Part shown: positions 33,764 to 45,235 of the stretch, piece by piece
Position numbering within the stretch: position 1 is the stretch's first letter
Layout of the letters: the number at the start of each line of letters is the position of its first letter
Assembly (NCBI GenBank): GCA_002189035.1
Contig: NEEC01000020.1
Span: 372,001 to 436,000 of the forward strand
Source: Utricularia gibba
Lineage: Eukaryota; Plantae; Magnoliophyta
Direction: 5' to 3'
Length of the DNA stretch: 64,000 bases
Notes under the pieces: model-generated
Databases searched by the model: none
What the model was told of the DNA's origin: nothing
The model's input: only the letters and a program-made list of their open reading frames with translations
Position numbers and translations under genes: made by a program

Positions 33764-34587
33764 CTTATAGGTTTTGCAGTAGATTAGAAATTAGGATGCT
33801 AGGGGATGGGATGTGTTCTTGACCTAGTGTATTACACAATTGTTTAATTCAATATAATTTGAACTCATGATTTCTTAAATAATTTTTATAGAAATTGAAA
33901 AAACTATGAATATTAAATTTATATTATTATTTTCATTTTTCCTAATATATTTATATCTATTATGAAAAAGATTCATATCCTAAAATCATGAGTAGATCTT
34001 ATAATGTATTGAACCCTATTTCAAAATATTATATAAAAAGCTATCATATGGTATTTTTTTGATGGGTTAAACCTGATTTTTATAATTTTGATACGTTCGT
34101 ATGAGCCAGATATGTCGCATAGTCATTCATAATATATGTTCGAGGTTGTCTAGTAGAGCAACTTGTGAAAATGGCATAGACATACTAAAATCAGACATAG
34201 AACTCAAATCCAGAAACCACAAAGAAAATGTGTTTGGAGTCTATGGGAGCATGCCAATGAGAAATTGTGAGGCGCATTTTCAAATTATATATTTAAGGCG
34301 GGTGGAAATTGAATAAATGAAAATAAATGATGCGGCAAATTTCAAAGTCCCTGACCTACTACCTATTTGCAATTCTAACCCCTCCGTCTTCTGGTGTATT
34401 ACTTTGGTCCCCCCCCCCCCCCCCCCATAGAAGATCATTATTATTCTAGAAATTTCCACTTTTTTTTCAATTTTTGCTATTTTAAATAAATAGCGTTTTT
34501 GTATTTTAAATAAAACAAACAAAATTGTACCAAATTTCAAACAATTTTATAATTAAATTGGTTGAATTTTCTTGTTTTGGGTCATCG

Positions 34588-35840
34588 ATGGGGATTCGTA
34601 GCGACGGTACGCTTTCTTCAACGGCGTTTTACCTCGCCGCTTCTGCGTTTTCCGAGCGGTGGCGAACATTCAACTCCTCTTTTCCTCAGTGGAAATGGGT
34701 GCCTTGTCATCGACGGCCTCTGACAACAATTAACGAAGTACTGATGTCATATCTTCCCGCTTGCGCCTCATCATATTCACCCTGGTGTTTGTGTTATTGG
34801 GGGTTTTTTTTTTTTTTGATTGATTGCTAATTTCGTAGGAGGAAGGTTATCTGTCGTTGGAAGGTGTAGTTCTACCCAAGTCGGATCAGGAGGTGTGGGA
34901 TAGGGTTTCATGATGCACTTGAAGACTTGAGATTGATCCCATTTTTGAATGGAGAGGGAAGTCACTCGGTTTCTTCGATTGTGTAGGAAGTTCACTGCGA
35001 GGATGATGCTTGGGAGAATGATGAATGCAGCTGCTCAGAGGACGGTTTCATCGATGACGCCGTTTTAGTACGTTCTCTTCGTTTTTTCCACTAGTAAAGA
35101 AAGGGAGTTTTCTTCATCAGACGAGAAAAGCTTGTGATGGGCTGATTATTCACAATTAGCACTGTCTTCAAAGAATGTTCTGCGTAGTGAAGCTCTCGCT
35201 TTGGGGCTTAGATTTGAAGGTGCTTCTTTGACATGCTTGTATGTATCTCTGCTAGATTCAGAATGGTAATGGCACCGGAAGACAGCGCCTTTATGATCTC
35301 CATGTTGTTTATAGTGCTTCTTATATGGTTCCTGTGCTGTACTTTCGTGGCTACTACAGTGGTGAGCTTGCAGCTTCTCTGGGGAATATCGCATATTGTG
35401 TAGATGGTGTTTTGAGCTGCTTTTAACGAATGAATTGTTTGAAACAAGTGTTTCTTATCCGTCAGTTGGTTTGATCTGGCAGATGGGCAACCCCTGCTGC
35501 TGGATGACATCAAACAGGATGTATCAGCTAATGTACCAGAGCTTTTGACTAAATCCCAGTGGATGTTTATAACTCAGGAGGTTAGAGACGATGCCCTCAG
35601 GAGTATAATTAGAAAAACAGAAGCTGTTTCCGCATATATTCTGCATTCGTCTATAATGAATGTTTGAAATTTCAACTGCAGGAGCATCTCCTATTGAATC
35701 GACCATGGTTTACTCTGCATCCATGTGGTACAAGTGAGTGGATGAAGCTACTGCTAAGCCATGAAAACTATCTCACTTCATGGTTCTCTGTGGTTGGCCA
35801 GGTTTTTGGCCTTAAACTCCCTCTTGAGATGCTCAAGTAG
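34588..35840 (+). CDS. ATG10: Autophagy E2-like conjugating enzyme ATG10; spliced
   Basis: DGTLSSTAFYLAASAFSERW..PQWKWVP / EEGYLSLE / YDLHVVYSASYMVPVLYFRGYY / DGQPLLLDDI..FITQE / EH..LNRPWFTLHPCGT (catalytic HPC)...VVGQVFGL. Confidence 0.9.
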
Positions 35841-36313
35841 TCTTGCAGACCTCCCTATTGAAGATACCTTGTGAATGAATACATAAAAACATAGTCAAGA
35901 TCATGATATTCGAACGAGATATGATTCAGGAAGAATAGGTGTTTGATCCTTGCACATAGTGGGACATTTGAAATAGTTGTGTAACCATTCTTCAGAAGAT
36001 TCAATTTCATCAAGGGCATGGGATCCGGTCTGACTGCTTGAACTGGTTCTAATGGTCATCTCCGGCCGGACCCCTGACCAATTACCGGTCCAACCGGGCT
36101 TCAAAACATTGCCTTGTACTCACTCTGCGAATTGTGGGGTCCTGCCCTGGTGGATAAGGGATAAGGATTGGCTGGCTGAACAGCCAATAAGAATCTTGTA
36201 TTCAGAACACACAGCACCCTGCAACCACAAGTTCCAACTCCAAAGGATATTGCTTTTGCCATCAAGAAGGAGGCGATCTTCTTGTGAGTTTTGAAGTTAT
36301 TTCCCAGCCAAAA

Positions 36314-37072
36314 ATGGCGACCTCTGCTTCCACCATGGCGAGTCAACTGAAGAGCAGCTTCGCTTCATCACTCACAAGAACACTTGTTTCTCCCAAGGGA
36401 ATTTCAGGCTCCCCATTCAGAATCTTCCCTGCTAGAAGAGCCTCCTCCTTCACCATCAAAGCTATCCAATCTGAAAAGGTTATCAGCTAGATTTTTTTTT
36501 TCCTTCTCTGTTAGAAATACCCAATGTAGTATGATCCCCATGCCTGCGGAGCTTCATCTTTGTTCGCTGTTGGATTGCAGCCAACATACCAAGTGATTCA
36601 GCCCATCAATGGGGATCCCTTTATTGGAAGCTTGGAAACTCCTGTGACATCCAGCCCTCTGATAGCATGGTTCCTATCTAACCTTCCGGCCTATAGGACT
36701 GCTGTGAATCCTCTTCTCCGGGGAGTCGAAGTCGGCCTGGCACACGGATACCTTCTCGTTGGCCCGTTTGTGAAAACAGGACCTCTTCGTGACACCCCTT
36801 ATGCTGGAACAGCAGGAACATTGGCCGCAGGAGGGCTGGTTGTCATCCTGAGCATTGTGTTGACAATTTATGGGATTTCTTCCTTTAAAGAAGGTGAGCC
36901 ATCAACAGCACCCACACTTACGCTGACAGGTCGGACAAAGGAGCCGGATCAGTTGCAGACTGCTGATGGTTGGGCTAAGTTCACCGGAGGGTTCTTCTTT
37001 GGTGGTATCTCTGGTGTCATTTGGGCATATTTCCTTCTCTATGTCCTTGATCTTCCCTACTATTTCAAGTAG
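36314..37072 (+). CDS. PSAL: Photosystem I subunit XI (PSI-L); one intron
   Basis: Transit peptide ending IKAIQSEK, then [27 protein letters not shown]...GVEVGLAHG...[10 protein letters not shown]. Confidence 0.97.
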
Positions 37073-37228
37073 GACATGAACACCACATATCATTGGAACT
37101 TGTATCTACTTCCGATCTATGACTGCTCCCTCTTATTAAATTTTCAATCATCAACGCTGAGAGTTAGTTCCCTAGTTCAGTCATATCAGACATGCTGTTT
37201 CTCACAAAATCACAAACTGAACGTAACG

Positions 37229-38619
37229 CTAAGATGAAGATGCATCAGGAACAATCTCTGCCAACTGAATATTCTCTCTCAAATTAGATGCCTTGTGCGA
37301 AGGCATCAGTGAAAATCCATCAAGAAGCTTGGTGCACTTCAAGTGCCATTTCTCCATCAAGAACTCAATCAGATGATGTCCACTGCAAAATATGACAGTT
37401 TATAGATCCCATGACTTCAACAAAGAGGGGGAGAATGGGATCCTATGTATCATTAGTACCTTCTATTGTGATAAGCTGTGATGAAGACAGAGCCAGGGCA
37501 CCGCTTGAGAAAAAAAGACACCGTAGCAAAGAGATCGTCAAAACCTTAAACACCAGGTGAGAAAAATCAGAATCTTGGGATATGCAGTAGTTGAGGAACA
37601 TAAGAATTAAGAAGCCATCTGACGACTGGTCTCGTAGAGGACATCGGCTCCCAGAATGATGTTTGGGCGCAGATCGAAAATGGGAGGATCCCACATGCCC
37701 CATGTCAGCCCAATGACCTGTAGCATTGCAAAATAACACCATTTAAGAAGAGCAGAGTGCTAGAAAACTCCTGAGTTCCAAAAATGTGAGAGGATTACAT
37801 TGCATTTGAGACCATTGATGTCACAGACTTCTCTCATGTTGTTCAAGACCTGTAAGACCAAAAAGAATCAGACTCGAATATCTTCTCACATCACGCTCAA
37901 ACATCACAAACAAGAGAAACATCAGAATGCTGTATAGGCCATGTGCTGAAAAGCAGATCCATTGTATAATCTAACCTACTCCAACTACAGCCAAGTTCAC
38001 TACTCAGTGATGAAATTTCTATGCAATGGAGTAAGGTAACCTCCAATCTTGAGGCATCATCTGTGAGGGTAACACTGGCACCCACTCTAGCGGCAACAAG
38101 GCCCGGCAATGAAGTTCCAGCTCCGAGCTGCTTAAGACACACAGGAAGTTATCGTCGATAGAAACATACCAAACTCAAACAAGCGGCAGTAAATTGCAGA
38201 AACCACAGCCGGACTGGATTCAAACACTTGAACGACACATCAAAATAACAACATTCCCCAACTTTTAATAGCATATTGCACTCCCATAATAAACTTCCGG
38301 CTACACACACCGTCGCTGGGGCATTCAGACACAGTTACCCAGACGAGACGCTTCGACTCACCTCAACAACACTGGCGCCAGTGAACCGCGATTTGTTCTG
38401 CCAAACATATTCAGCGAGAATTGTACTGCACGGCCATACAAAAAGTCCATATTCTTCCTTCATATTCTGCGCCAACGAACAAAACCCACATCAGAAACAC
38501 CACTCTCCTTCCATTCCTTGACAAGGTTATCTACCATACAAAACCTCAATGATGCGTACGCAGAAGCCATCGTCATCATCATCAACCGTGCCGAAAAAAT
38601 GCTTCGAAATTGTCTTCAT
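37229..38619 (-). CDS. METTL23: METTL23-like (Methyltransf_16) SAM-dependent protein methyltransferase; spliced
   Basis: MKTISKHFFG / MKEEYGLFVWPCSTILAEYVWQ...VVE|LGAGTSLPGLVAA...VTLTD / GLTWG.WD...IILGADVLY / FDDLFATV...FITAYHNRS|GHHLIEFLM.KW. Confidence 0.88.
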
Positions 38620-38749
38620 AATTCGTTCCGGGTAACCCCAACAATTAACAAAACCGCTTCGGGCAAGAAAATGTCACTGCCCTGGAAATGAAACTGTAAT
38701 AGTACTCATGACTAAATAGTTGTGTAAAAAGATATTTCAACTCGTGTTG

Positions 38750-38946
38750 GTGAGGTGCGCCTGGCCCATGCAATAGTGCAACGCAAGGGCGACGCGCGAA
38801 AGCCCGGACCAGCAAGCTGACCCATTGGGCTTTCCCCCAATAAAAATTAATTTAATATCGTGTGGGCCATTGGCCCACGTATCAGATATTAAACTGATAA
38901 GAACAGATACTACACTTGATCTTAGCCAAAAGGCCGAGAAAGGTAT
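38750..38946 (-). ncRNA. U2: U2 spliceosomal snRNA
   Basis: Reverse complement reads ATACCTTTCTCGGCCTTTTGGCTAAGATCAAGTGTAGTATCTGTTCTTATCAGTTTAATATCTGATA..., with the GTAGTA branch-pairing sequence, Sm site AATTTTT, stem-loop IV TTGCAC loop and a 3' box-like AGTTGAA at 38736-38742. The 3' end is approximate. Confidence 0.97.
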
Positions 38947-38970
38947 GAGCCAGAAAGTTGGGCATTGGGT

Positions 38971-39022
38971 CTATTTTATAGTAAAATTCTCCCGAATTTT
39001 GTTTCAATAGCCGATGTGGGAT
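38971..39022 (-). promoter_or_regulatory. Plant snRNA promoter: USE (ATCCCACATCG) plus TATA box, Pol II spacing
   Basis: Plus strand CGATGTGGGAT at 39012-39022 is the USE. TATAAAA lies at 38974-38980 (about -34 to -28). About 31 nt separate USE and TATA. Confidence 0.92.
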
Positions 39023-39091
39023 TGGAGGCTGTTCCCAAAATAACTAGCTCTCGACTTCTATTCCATCGATTTAGGGTTGTGGATTGCATCA

Positions 39092-40521
39092 ATGGATTCT
39101 CTGGTGGCGACTTACGCTTCCTCGGATGAAGATGATGAAATTCGAGTGCAACTTCCGGCGTCGGAGGTTCAATTACATGAGAAGTCAGGTCGATTGGAGG
39201 CCACGGCGGAGGGGGAGGGGAGCGGCAGCGAGATGGGTCTCAAATCTAAGTCAAAGCTCGGGAATTCATTCAAAATTCTGCCGCCACCGAAGTATTCTGT
39301 TGTCGATTCGCCTCCAAAGCTGGAATTCCGATCGTTGGCCTTGCCTAAGCCTCGTTCGGAAACCAATGAACCTGAAGAGATTTCCAAGCCCAAACCCGTG
39401 TTTTCGCTACTCCCTCAGCCCAAATCGTCTTCTGCTGCCTCCAAAAAGGTGGTTCAGTTCAAGCTTCCGACGATTCCGTACTCATCTGCCGCAGAAGATG
39501 AGAGCGATGATGATGGTGATAAAGGTGAAAATAGGAAACAGGAGAAGAAGCATACTGTGGCCACTCATTCTATAGGGGCTTTCTTGTCTAGTATGCCAGC
39601 ACCCAAGCAGGCAGCTACTCTTGGAACTGCGTCTTCCGCCATGGGTTCCAGCAGGAGATATGTGATCGAAACTGAGAATAGTGTCCGCAGCGAAGGTAAC
39701 ACTGGTACAGAACGTGCCGACGAAAGTGCGAGTTCTGATGCGGATTTCATTAATGATCATTCCAACACCGTAAGTTATGATGATTCTGCTCTCCCACAGT
39801 TTGATTATTTTGGTGTTTATTCTCAAAGTCTAGATCTTGGAAACGGCGGTTATGATGGTGATGCTGGTGATGGGGATGTTGTGTACTCTGAAGGCGATAC
39901 TGGGATCGACCCGAATGTGAGGTCTTACGGGGCTGCTGATTATTCATATGGGAATACAGAATCTACAACAGAATTCGCAACTTATGGTGATGGATATGGT
40001 TCCTTTGCTAGCTCATATGGCAATAGTTGGGCTGACGATCAGACTGCATTGCCCGAGTCCTCTGGTTTGATTGAAACCGCTGTGCAAGTTTTGGGTAAAA
40101 GGGGCAGGAAAGATGTTGCCCCTTCGGAGATAATTGAAGTGAAACAGGATGAGCTGATGAAAAACAGACCAAGAGAGGATCAAGCGAAGCTTACCGGCAT
40201 TGCATTTGGCCCTGCATATCAGGTATGGCCTTCTGCGGCTTTTTTAGTTGAGTTTCTTTGAGCTTGTTCCATGGCAGCAAGCACATGATCAGATCAAATA
40301 GCAAGTTGTTCAGTAGAGATGATAATATGGTTTGATGTTGACAATTGAATTCATTGATGCAGCCTGCTTCAACGAAGGGGAAGCCCTCAAAGCTCCATAA
40401 AAGGAAACACCAGATAGGATCCTTGTACTTTGACTTGAAGCAAAAGGAATCAGAGCTTTCGGAGAGACGAGCCAGAGGCTTGATGACAAAAGCTCAAACG
40501 CAGGCAAAGTATGGTTGGTAG
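39092..40521 (+). CDS. PRCC: PRCC-like proline-rich protein (spliceosome-associated family); one intron
   Basis: MDSLVATYASSDEDDE start. C-terminal IIEVKQDELMKNRPREDQAKLTGIAFGPAYQ|PASTKGKPSKLHKRKHQIGSLYFDLKQKE..RRARGLMTKAQTQAKYGW*, with KYGW matching the PRCC C-terminal signature. Telo-box TTTAGGGTT at 39070-39078. Confidence 0.9.
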
Positions 40522-40789
40522 CATCATCCTTGTATGTCGCTCATCTGAATTATCAGTCTCTTGTGTTGTTTCAAATTACATGAATGAGAATTCCTGTTCA
40601 ACATAAACATACTTGGGGTGCAAAGTGTTACCATGAAACCGCCCTGTTGATCTGAACCTCTGTTCTAAGGGTATCTAACACAAGCACAAAGATACATTCA
40701 AACAACTCAAACTGCCTTCTGATGTGAAACATGGAGAAAAGCTGCACAGATCCTCCTCCAGCGCTACATAGTAAGCATAGTAATGCAGT

Positions 40790-42130
40790 GGCAGCAAGGT
40801 TATGTCCTTCTAGCATAGCCGTGATGCCAGGGATCAATTGAAAGCCTACGACAGGAATGCAGAAGTTCGTTCGCGTCTTCTTCATTGAGATGGTGTACCT
40901 GCAGCATTGATCGAACAACCATAAGCAACTAAAACTGGCTTTTTGAAAAGAAACAATATTGAACACTGAGGTTTTGTGACAATGGTAATGTATGCATACA
41001 CAGCAAGGAGACAAGCAGGGCCTTGGACAACAGCCATAATGCCTTAGATGGCGACAACACTCCAGAATCACCTTTGCTGTAGTATTTCCTTGATAAGGTG
41101 ATTCCTGAGTGTTTGGACCGCAAATGCTGCTTTAGAAAGGACTGAAAAGGGGACACTCACATTATCTTCTGCAAGATAATGGAGAGTTTTTCGCTTGTAG
41201 AATCTCTGGAGAGTATGCAAAGTAGCTCTCCAAGATCATGTGAGTAGACCCGTGAACACCCACAGCACATGAGCACTCGATTGGCTTTAGATATCAGGGG
41301 CAGCAACCCTTGTTTACAGTGAAATAGATTGAGCAAAAGCAATTGATGTCTGCTGCAACTTTTGTTCTGATCACCAGTTGTTGCAGTAACACCTTAGTGA
41401 TTGCACTGACAACACTACAAACAACAGCGTTGAAACGAAGGATTCACGCTGTAAGCCGATAAAATCCACATGAACGAGACAACTAGCCACAAAGATCGGC
41501 CATAAACAGCGACAACTGTACAAAGCAGCAAATGGCAAATGCAGCATACAAAGATCCAATCTTTCATATTCTGCTTCTGTCCCGATAATGAAATTCCATA
41601 TCTTCCTAGGAAAAACAAAACACAAATGCAAATGAAAAAAAGACGTCACTACCAAACAACAAGAACTGGGTTTTTACGACTAGACTAGCATTGTGGCATT
41701 ACAACAAACAGCTGGAGGGCGACGACGGAATTAACTCAATACAGAGAGATGGGGTCAGAAGCCACGGATTGGATTGTCAGAGAAAATATATTAACTCTGG
41801 GTAAGAATGATCATCCCCGACACTTTGACATAAGTGAAAAAGAGAAAGAAAAAAAGAAAAGATAGCAACTTTTAACCGCACCATGCATCGGTTAAATGCA
41901 AAGTCACAGAGCAGAGAGGCAGAGAGATCTGACAGTAAGATAAATCGAACGGTCCATTTTGCTCTGCTCCAACTTCAGTCTTCGCGTACGGATTTTTCCA
42001 GCAAACCATATGCTTAGTGTAGCTCACTTATCTGCAGAATTCAGGTTGATCCTCAGTATCGTCATCGATGAGGAATGGAGTGCTCCATCTCCTCAACCTC
42101 CAATCTCCCCTTCACCTCCTCAACCCCCTC
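40790..42130 (-). other. Unresolved multi-exon minus-strand unit (decayed gene or lncRNA)
   Basis: T-rich intron-like blocks with GT...AG ends alternate with more GC-rich exon-like blocks. I could not build a continuous ORF and do not recognise a family. Confidence 0.35.
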
Positions 42131-43642
42131 CAATATGTTATAGTGTTTAAAAATAAAAAATAAATTAAAGTTGAATCGTTTTAAAATATAAAAATACAAT
42201 TCAGTAATTAATTATGATTTAATTATAATTCAATTATAATTTATCATTTTTAAATGATATTGATCGAATGCATCTCAATTTACAATAAATTTTTTTAAAG
42301 ATGAAACCGTTTATGGCATTGTGAATTGGTTTTGATTTCAAATTCAATAAAATTTCGTATGGAGTTTGACAAAATATCACTATTAGGGTTATATTGTATT
42401 TGCATTTCATATGACTCAGAGTGATGATGCTTATATCATATTCATGTTCGCATATTATATGATGTACTGTTATAACGATTTTAGGATCAAAATTGATTAA
42501 TTTTGGATAATATGAAAAATTAAATATGCAATTTCATAACTTTCGAAGATAAAATGTTTATTAAAAAAATAAATTGAAAGACCTATGATACAATTTTGAA
42601 ATTTTAAAATTAAGTTATTTATATTGATTATAACTTGAAGTACCACTAACAAATTTCATTTAATATTAGAATTATATCATATTTGTATCTCATAGAAAAC
42701 AGTGACGATATTTATATCATATTTGTATCTCTTACGATGTACCATTATAATGGCATTAGGATAATGAGGAGTTAAATATGCAACTTCATAAATTTCAAAG
42801 TCAAAATGTTTATAAAAAAACAAATTGAAAAACGTATGATATAATTTTAAAATTTAAGGATTAAATTAGGTATATTGACTATAATTTATATTGACATAGG
42901 TAAACTTCACCCAATATTTTATTAATATTACAATATAACTAATGGTACAATGCAATTTTTGCCATGTGATGGTAATGTTATGTATTATAAGATATTATTA
43001 GTTTTTAAGTGAATTCATTCAATATTATGAGCAGTTGAACTAATTAAGAGTTACAGAAGCGTGAATGAGGAAGGTATGATGGGGAATGATGGTGTTGGGA
43101 AGTCATTGACTTGAGTGCTGCTGCCATTTTTGTTTTCCTTTCTCGAGCTGGGCGTGCCCATGCTTCATCTCTTTCTTTCACTTTCCCAAAGTTCATAGTT
43201 TCCCTTCAATGCAACAACACTCTGGGAACCCACAGAGCGAGCAGCTAGTTGCAGTCACAGACTGCCGGAGGAGGGGCGACGAGTGACGACGCAGTCATAA
43301 AGATCACCATCTTTTGGGGTTGCAAGGAATTAGAGGCTTGATGAGGTTAACTGGGAGGGGCCATGGAGCCAGCCCGTCGGGAAGCCTTGCAGTGCAGAGT
43401 CTGCTGCTGCTGCTGCTGCCTGGGTGCGTCATCATCCTGATGATGTCTTCGGTATTCGGGCTTCCTTGTCGCCCCTTCCCTTTTCCCTCACTCACCCGTG
43501 GCGTGGGTCTACCTCTTTCTCAAAGCTGCATGCTCCCCTCCTCCTCTTCCCCGCGCGCCTCCCCTTTTTCATTTCGTTTTCCTTTTTACATCTTCTTCTC
43601 GTGCCCCTGAATCCTAGATCCCCTTGATCCAGTCTCATTTCC

Positions 43643-44307
43643 ATGGAAGTAAGTAACCACCGCCGGAGGTTCTCTTGTTCCTGCTTCTGGGTTGTGTTTC
43701 AGTTTTGTGATGTGGGTGCAGGATTTTTACATGAAGATGAGGCATGTACCTGAATTTGGGAGCTGGGATTGCGACGGGGATCTTCCGTTCACTCAGTGCT
43801 TCGAGTCTGCTAGAAATACACCTGCTTTTTTCCGGTACAGTTTGTCTCAGGACAGGGATTTGTATGTCGCCGGAGATTTGTATCAAAACGACGTTGTTAC
43901 TCCGGCGGTCATCGTCGTCCCTCGCCACAGGGTCAGATCATAATCCTTTGTTTTACTCCCAATTAACCAGAGAAAAAAGGAGTGAGATTTCGGGATCTTT
44001 GCAGGGGAAATTGAGTTGCACTACCAAGGAGAAAGACAAGTTACCACTGTACAAGCTGAAATCGCCGCCGAGTCCCACGGCGGCGCCTCGCCGGACCCGG
44101 GAAAAGCCAGTCGACGATGATTTATACAAAATCTCGCCGGAAAACCTCCGCCCCACCTCCAAAAAGGTACTTGTAAAATCCATATCATAAGGCAAGCCAT
44201 TCCCCTAAGCCCGGTTTCAATCCGGTTTCCCTGCGAATTCTGAGCAGAAGGGCATCTGGAGTTTGCTCTCAAGCTGCATGAAGATGGAGGTCGACTGTGT
44301 GTGCTGA
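43643..44307 (+). CDS. RIN4/NOI-family small protein with an AvrRpt2-type cleavage motif; spliced
   Basis: ME|DFYMKMRHVPEFGSWDCDGDLPFTQCFESAR...DRDLYVAGDLYQNDVVTPAVIVVPR / ..KPVDDDLYKISPE..KK|KGIWSLLSSCMKMEVDCVC*. Contains VPxFGxW and a Cys-rich C-terminus. Confidence 0.8.
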
Positions 44308-44578
44308 TTCATGATCATCTACAGCTACCAACACATTTTCTCATGCTTTTTTGAACATCACCGGAGCTGTAGAAGAAGAAGAAGAAGAGCCTTATGGATG
44401 TAGTGTACGGAATGTTCATGTACATCAGTACTACTCACAGACAAGCTACATCCATGAATCATGCATCAAGATGAACGGTAACTAAATCACCATAGCTACT
44501 ACTGCTGCAAAACTCCATGACTGTATGAGACGCATACCAGAAAAACAGGGAAAGCTTTTCTTCGTCTCAACAGCTTCA

Positions 44579-45235
44579 CTAACCGGCCCTGGCGCTGTTC
44601 AAAATGGAGCCCAAAGTACCCAAAACTGCAAACGCGAACAGGGGACTCAAATCCAGAGTGTCAAAGATGGGGGGTCACGTTTCTGAACAAATTCAAGTAA
44701 GGATCACACAGGTCTCTGATGGCGGATAAGGGCTACCTGTCCCATGGAATATTGGGGAACCAGCTACGCAAAACACGCACCATTAGAACCCCACTGTAAA
44801 TGTTGAGCCATTTCCCCATCCCGGCGGCGTCCACGGCGAGGGGCGTGCTCAGAGAGCGAACGGGACTGCTCTTAACCGCCGGAAAGAAGGCTGGCCACCG
44901 TTTCCAGTGCTTCTCTCAAGCGCAGAGCTATACCAAAAACTCCATTCGCCAGTCCCTTCGTAGCAGGCAATCAAGGAAACGGCGAATAGCGTAGTCACCG
45001 CCCTTGTGGAACCCCTGAGCAGATTCTAAGGTAGGATGGCCGATCGAGTAACAATCACGGCGAATGCAGAGGAAATTGACGCTGAAATATTAAGAATCGA
45101 GGGTTTCGAGATAAGGGGCAAGGGGAAGGAGGTGGGTTTCGATAATGCCACTCCAAACCGGCGTAAGCGTAGCGCAGTTCCATCTCCGATCACGGCGGAC
45201 ATGAAGTTCAGAGCGGCGGTGAACGTCGACCCCAT
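44579..45235 (-). pseudogene. YLMG1: YLMG1 (YGGT family, plastid) pseudogene
   Basis: Fragments across frames: LRGSTRAVTTL, PAFF....SLSTPLAVDAAGMGKWLNIYSGVLMVRVLRSWFPNIPWDR*PLSAIRDLCDPYLNLFRN and PPIFDTLDLSPLFAFAVLGTLGSIL. Stops at 45026-45028 and 44733-44735; frameshifts at about 44900, about 44670 and in the linker. Confidence 0.9.

Noticed and set aside
33142-33822. 226-aa repeat-protein ORF, or a CRISPR-like array
   Set aside because: The ORF is a by-product of a 69-bp AT-rich tandem unit. Copies are contiguous with no spacers, there are no cas genes, and the context is eukaryotic.
38825-39010. 61-aa plus-strand ORF (…HVSDIKLIRTDTTLDLSQKAEKG…)
   Set aside because: It is the antisense translation of U2 snRNA, a well-known spurious peptide.
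41570-41600. ABC-transporter signature (GISLSGQKQ) in the unresolved unit
   Set aside because: It lacks one G of LSGGQ, no Walker A/B context is visible, and a match this short is expected by chance.
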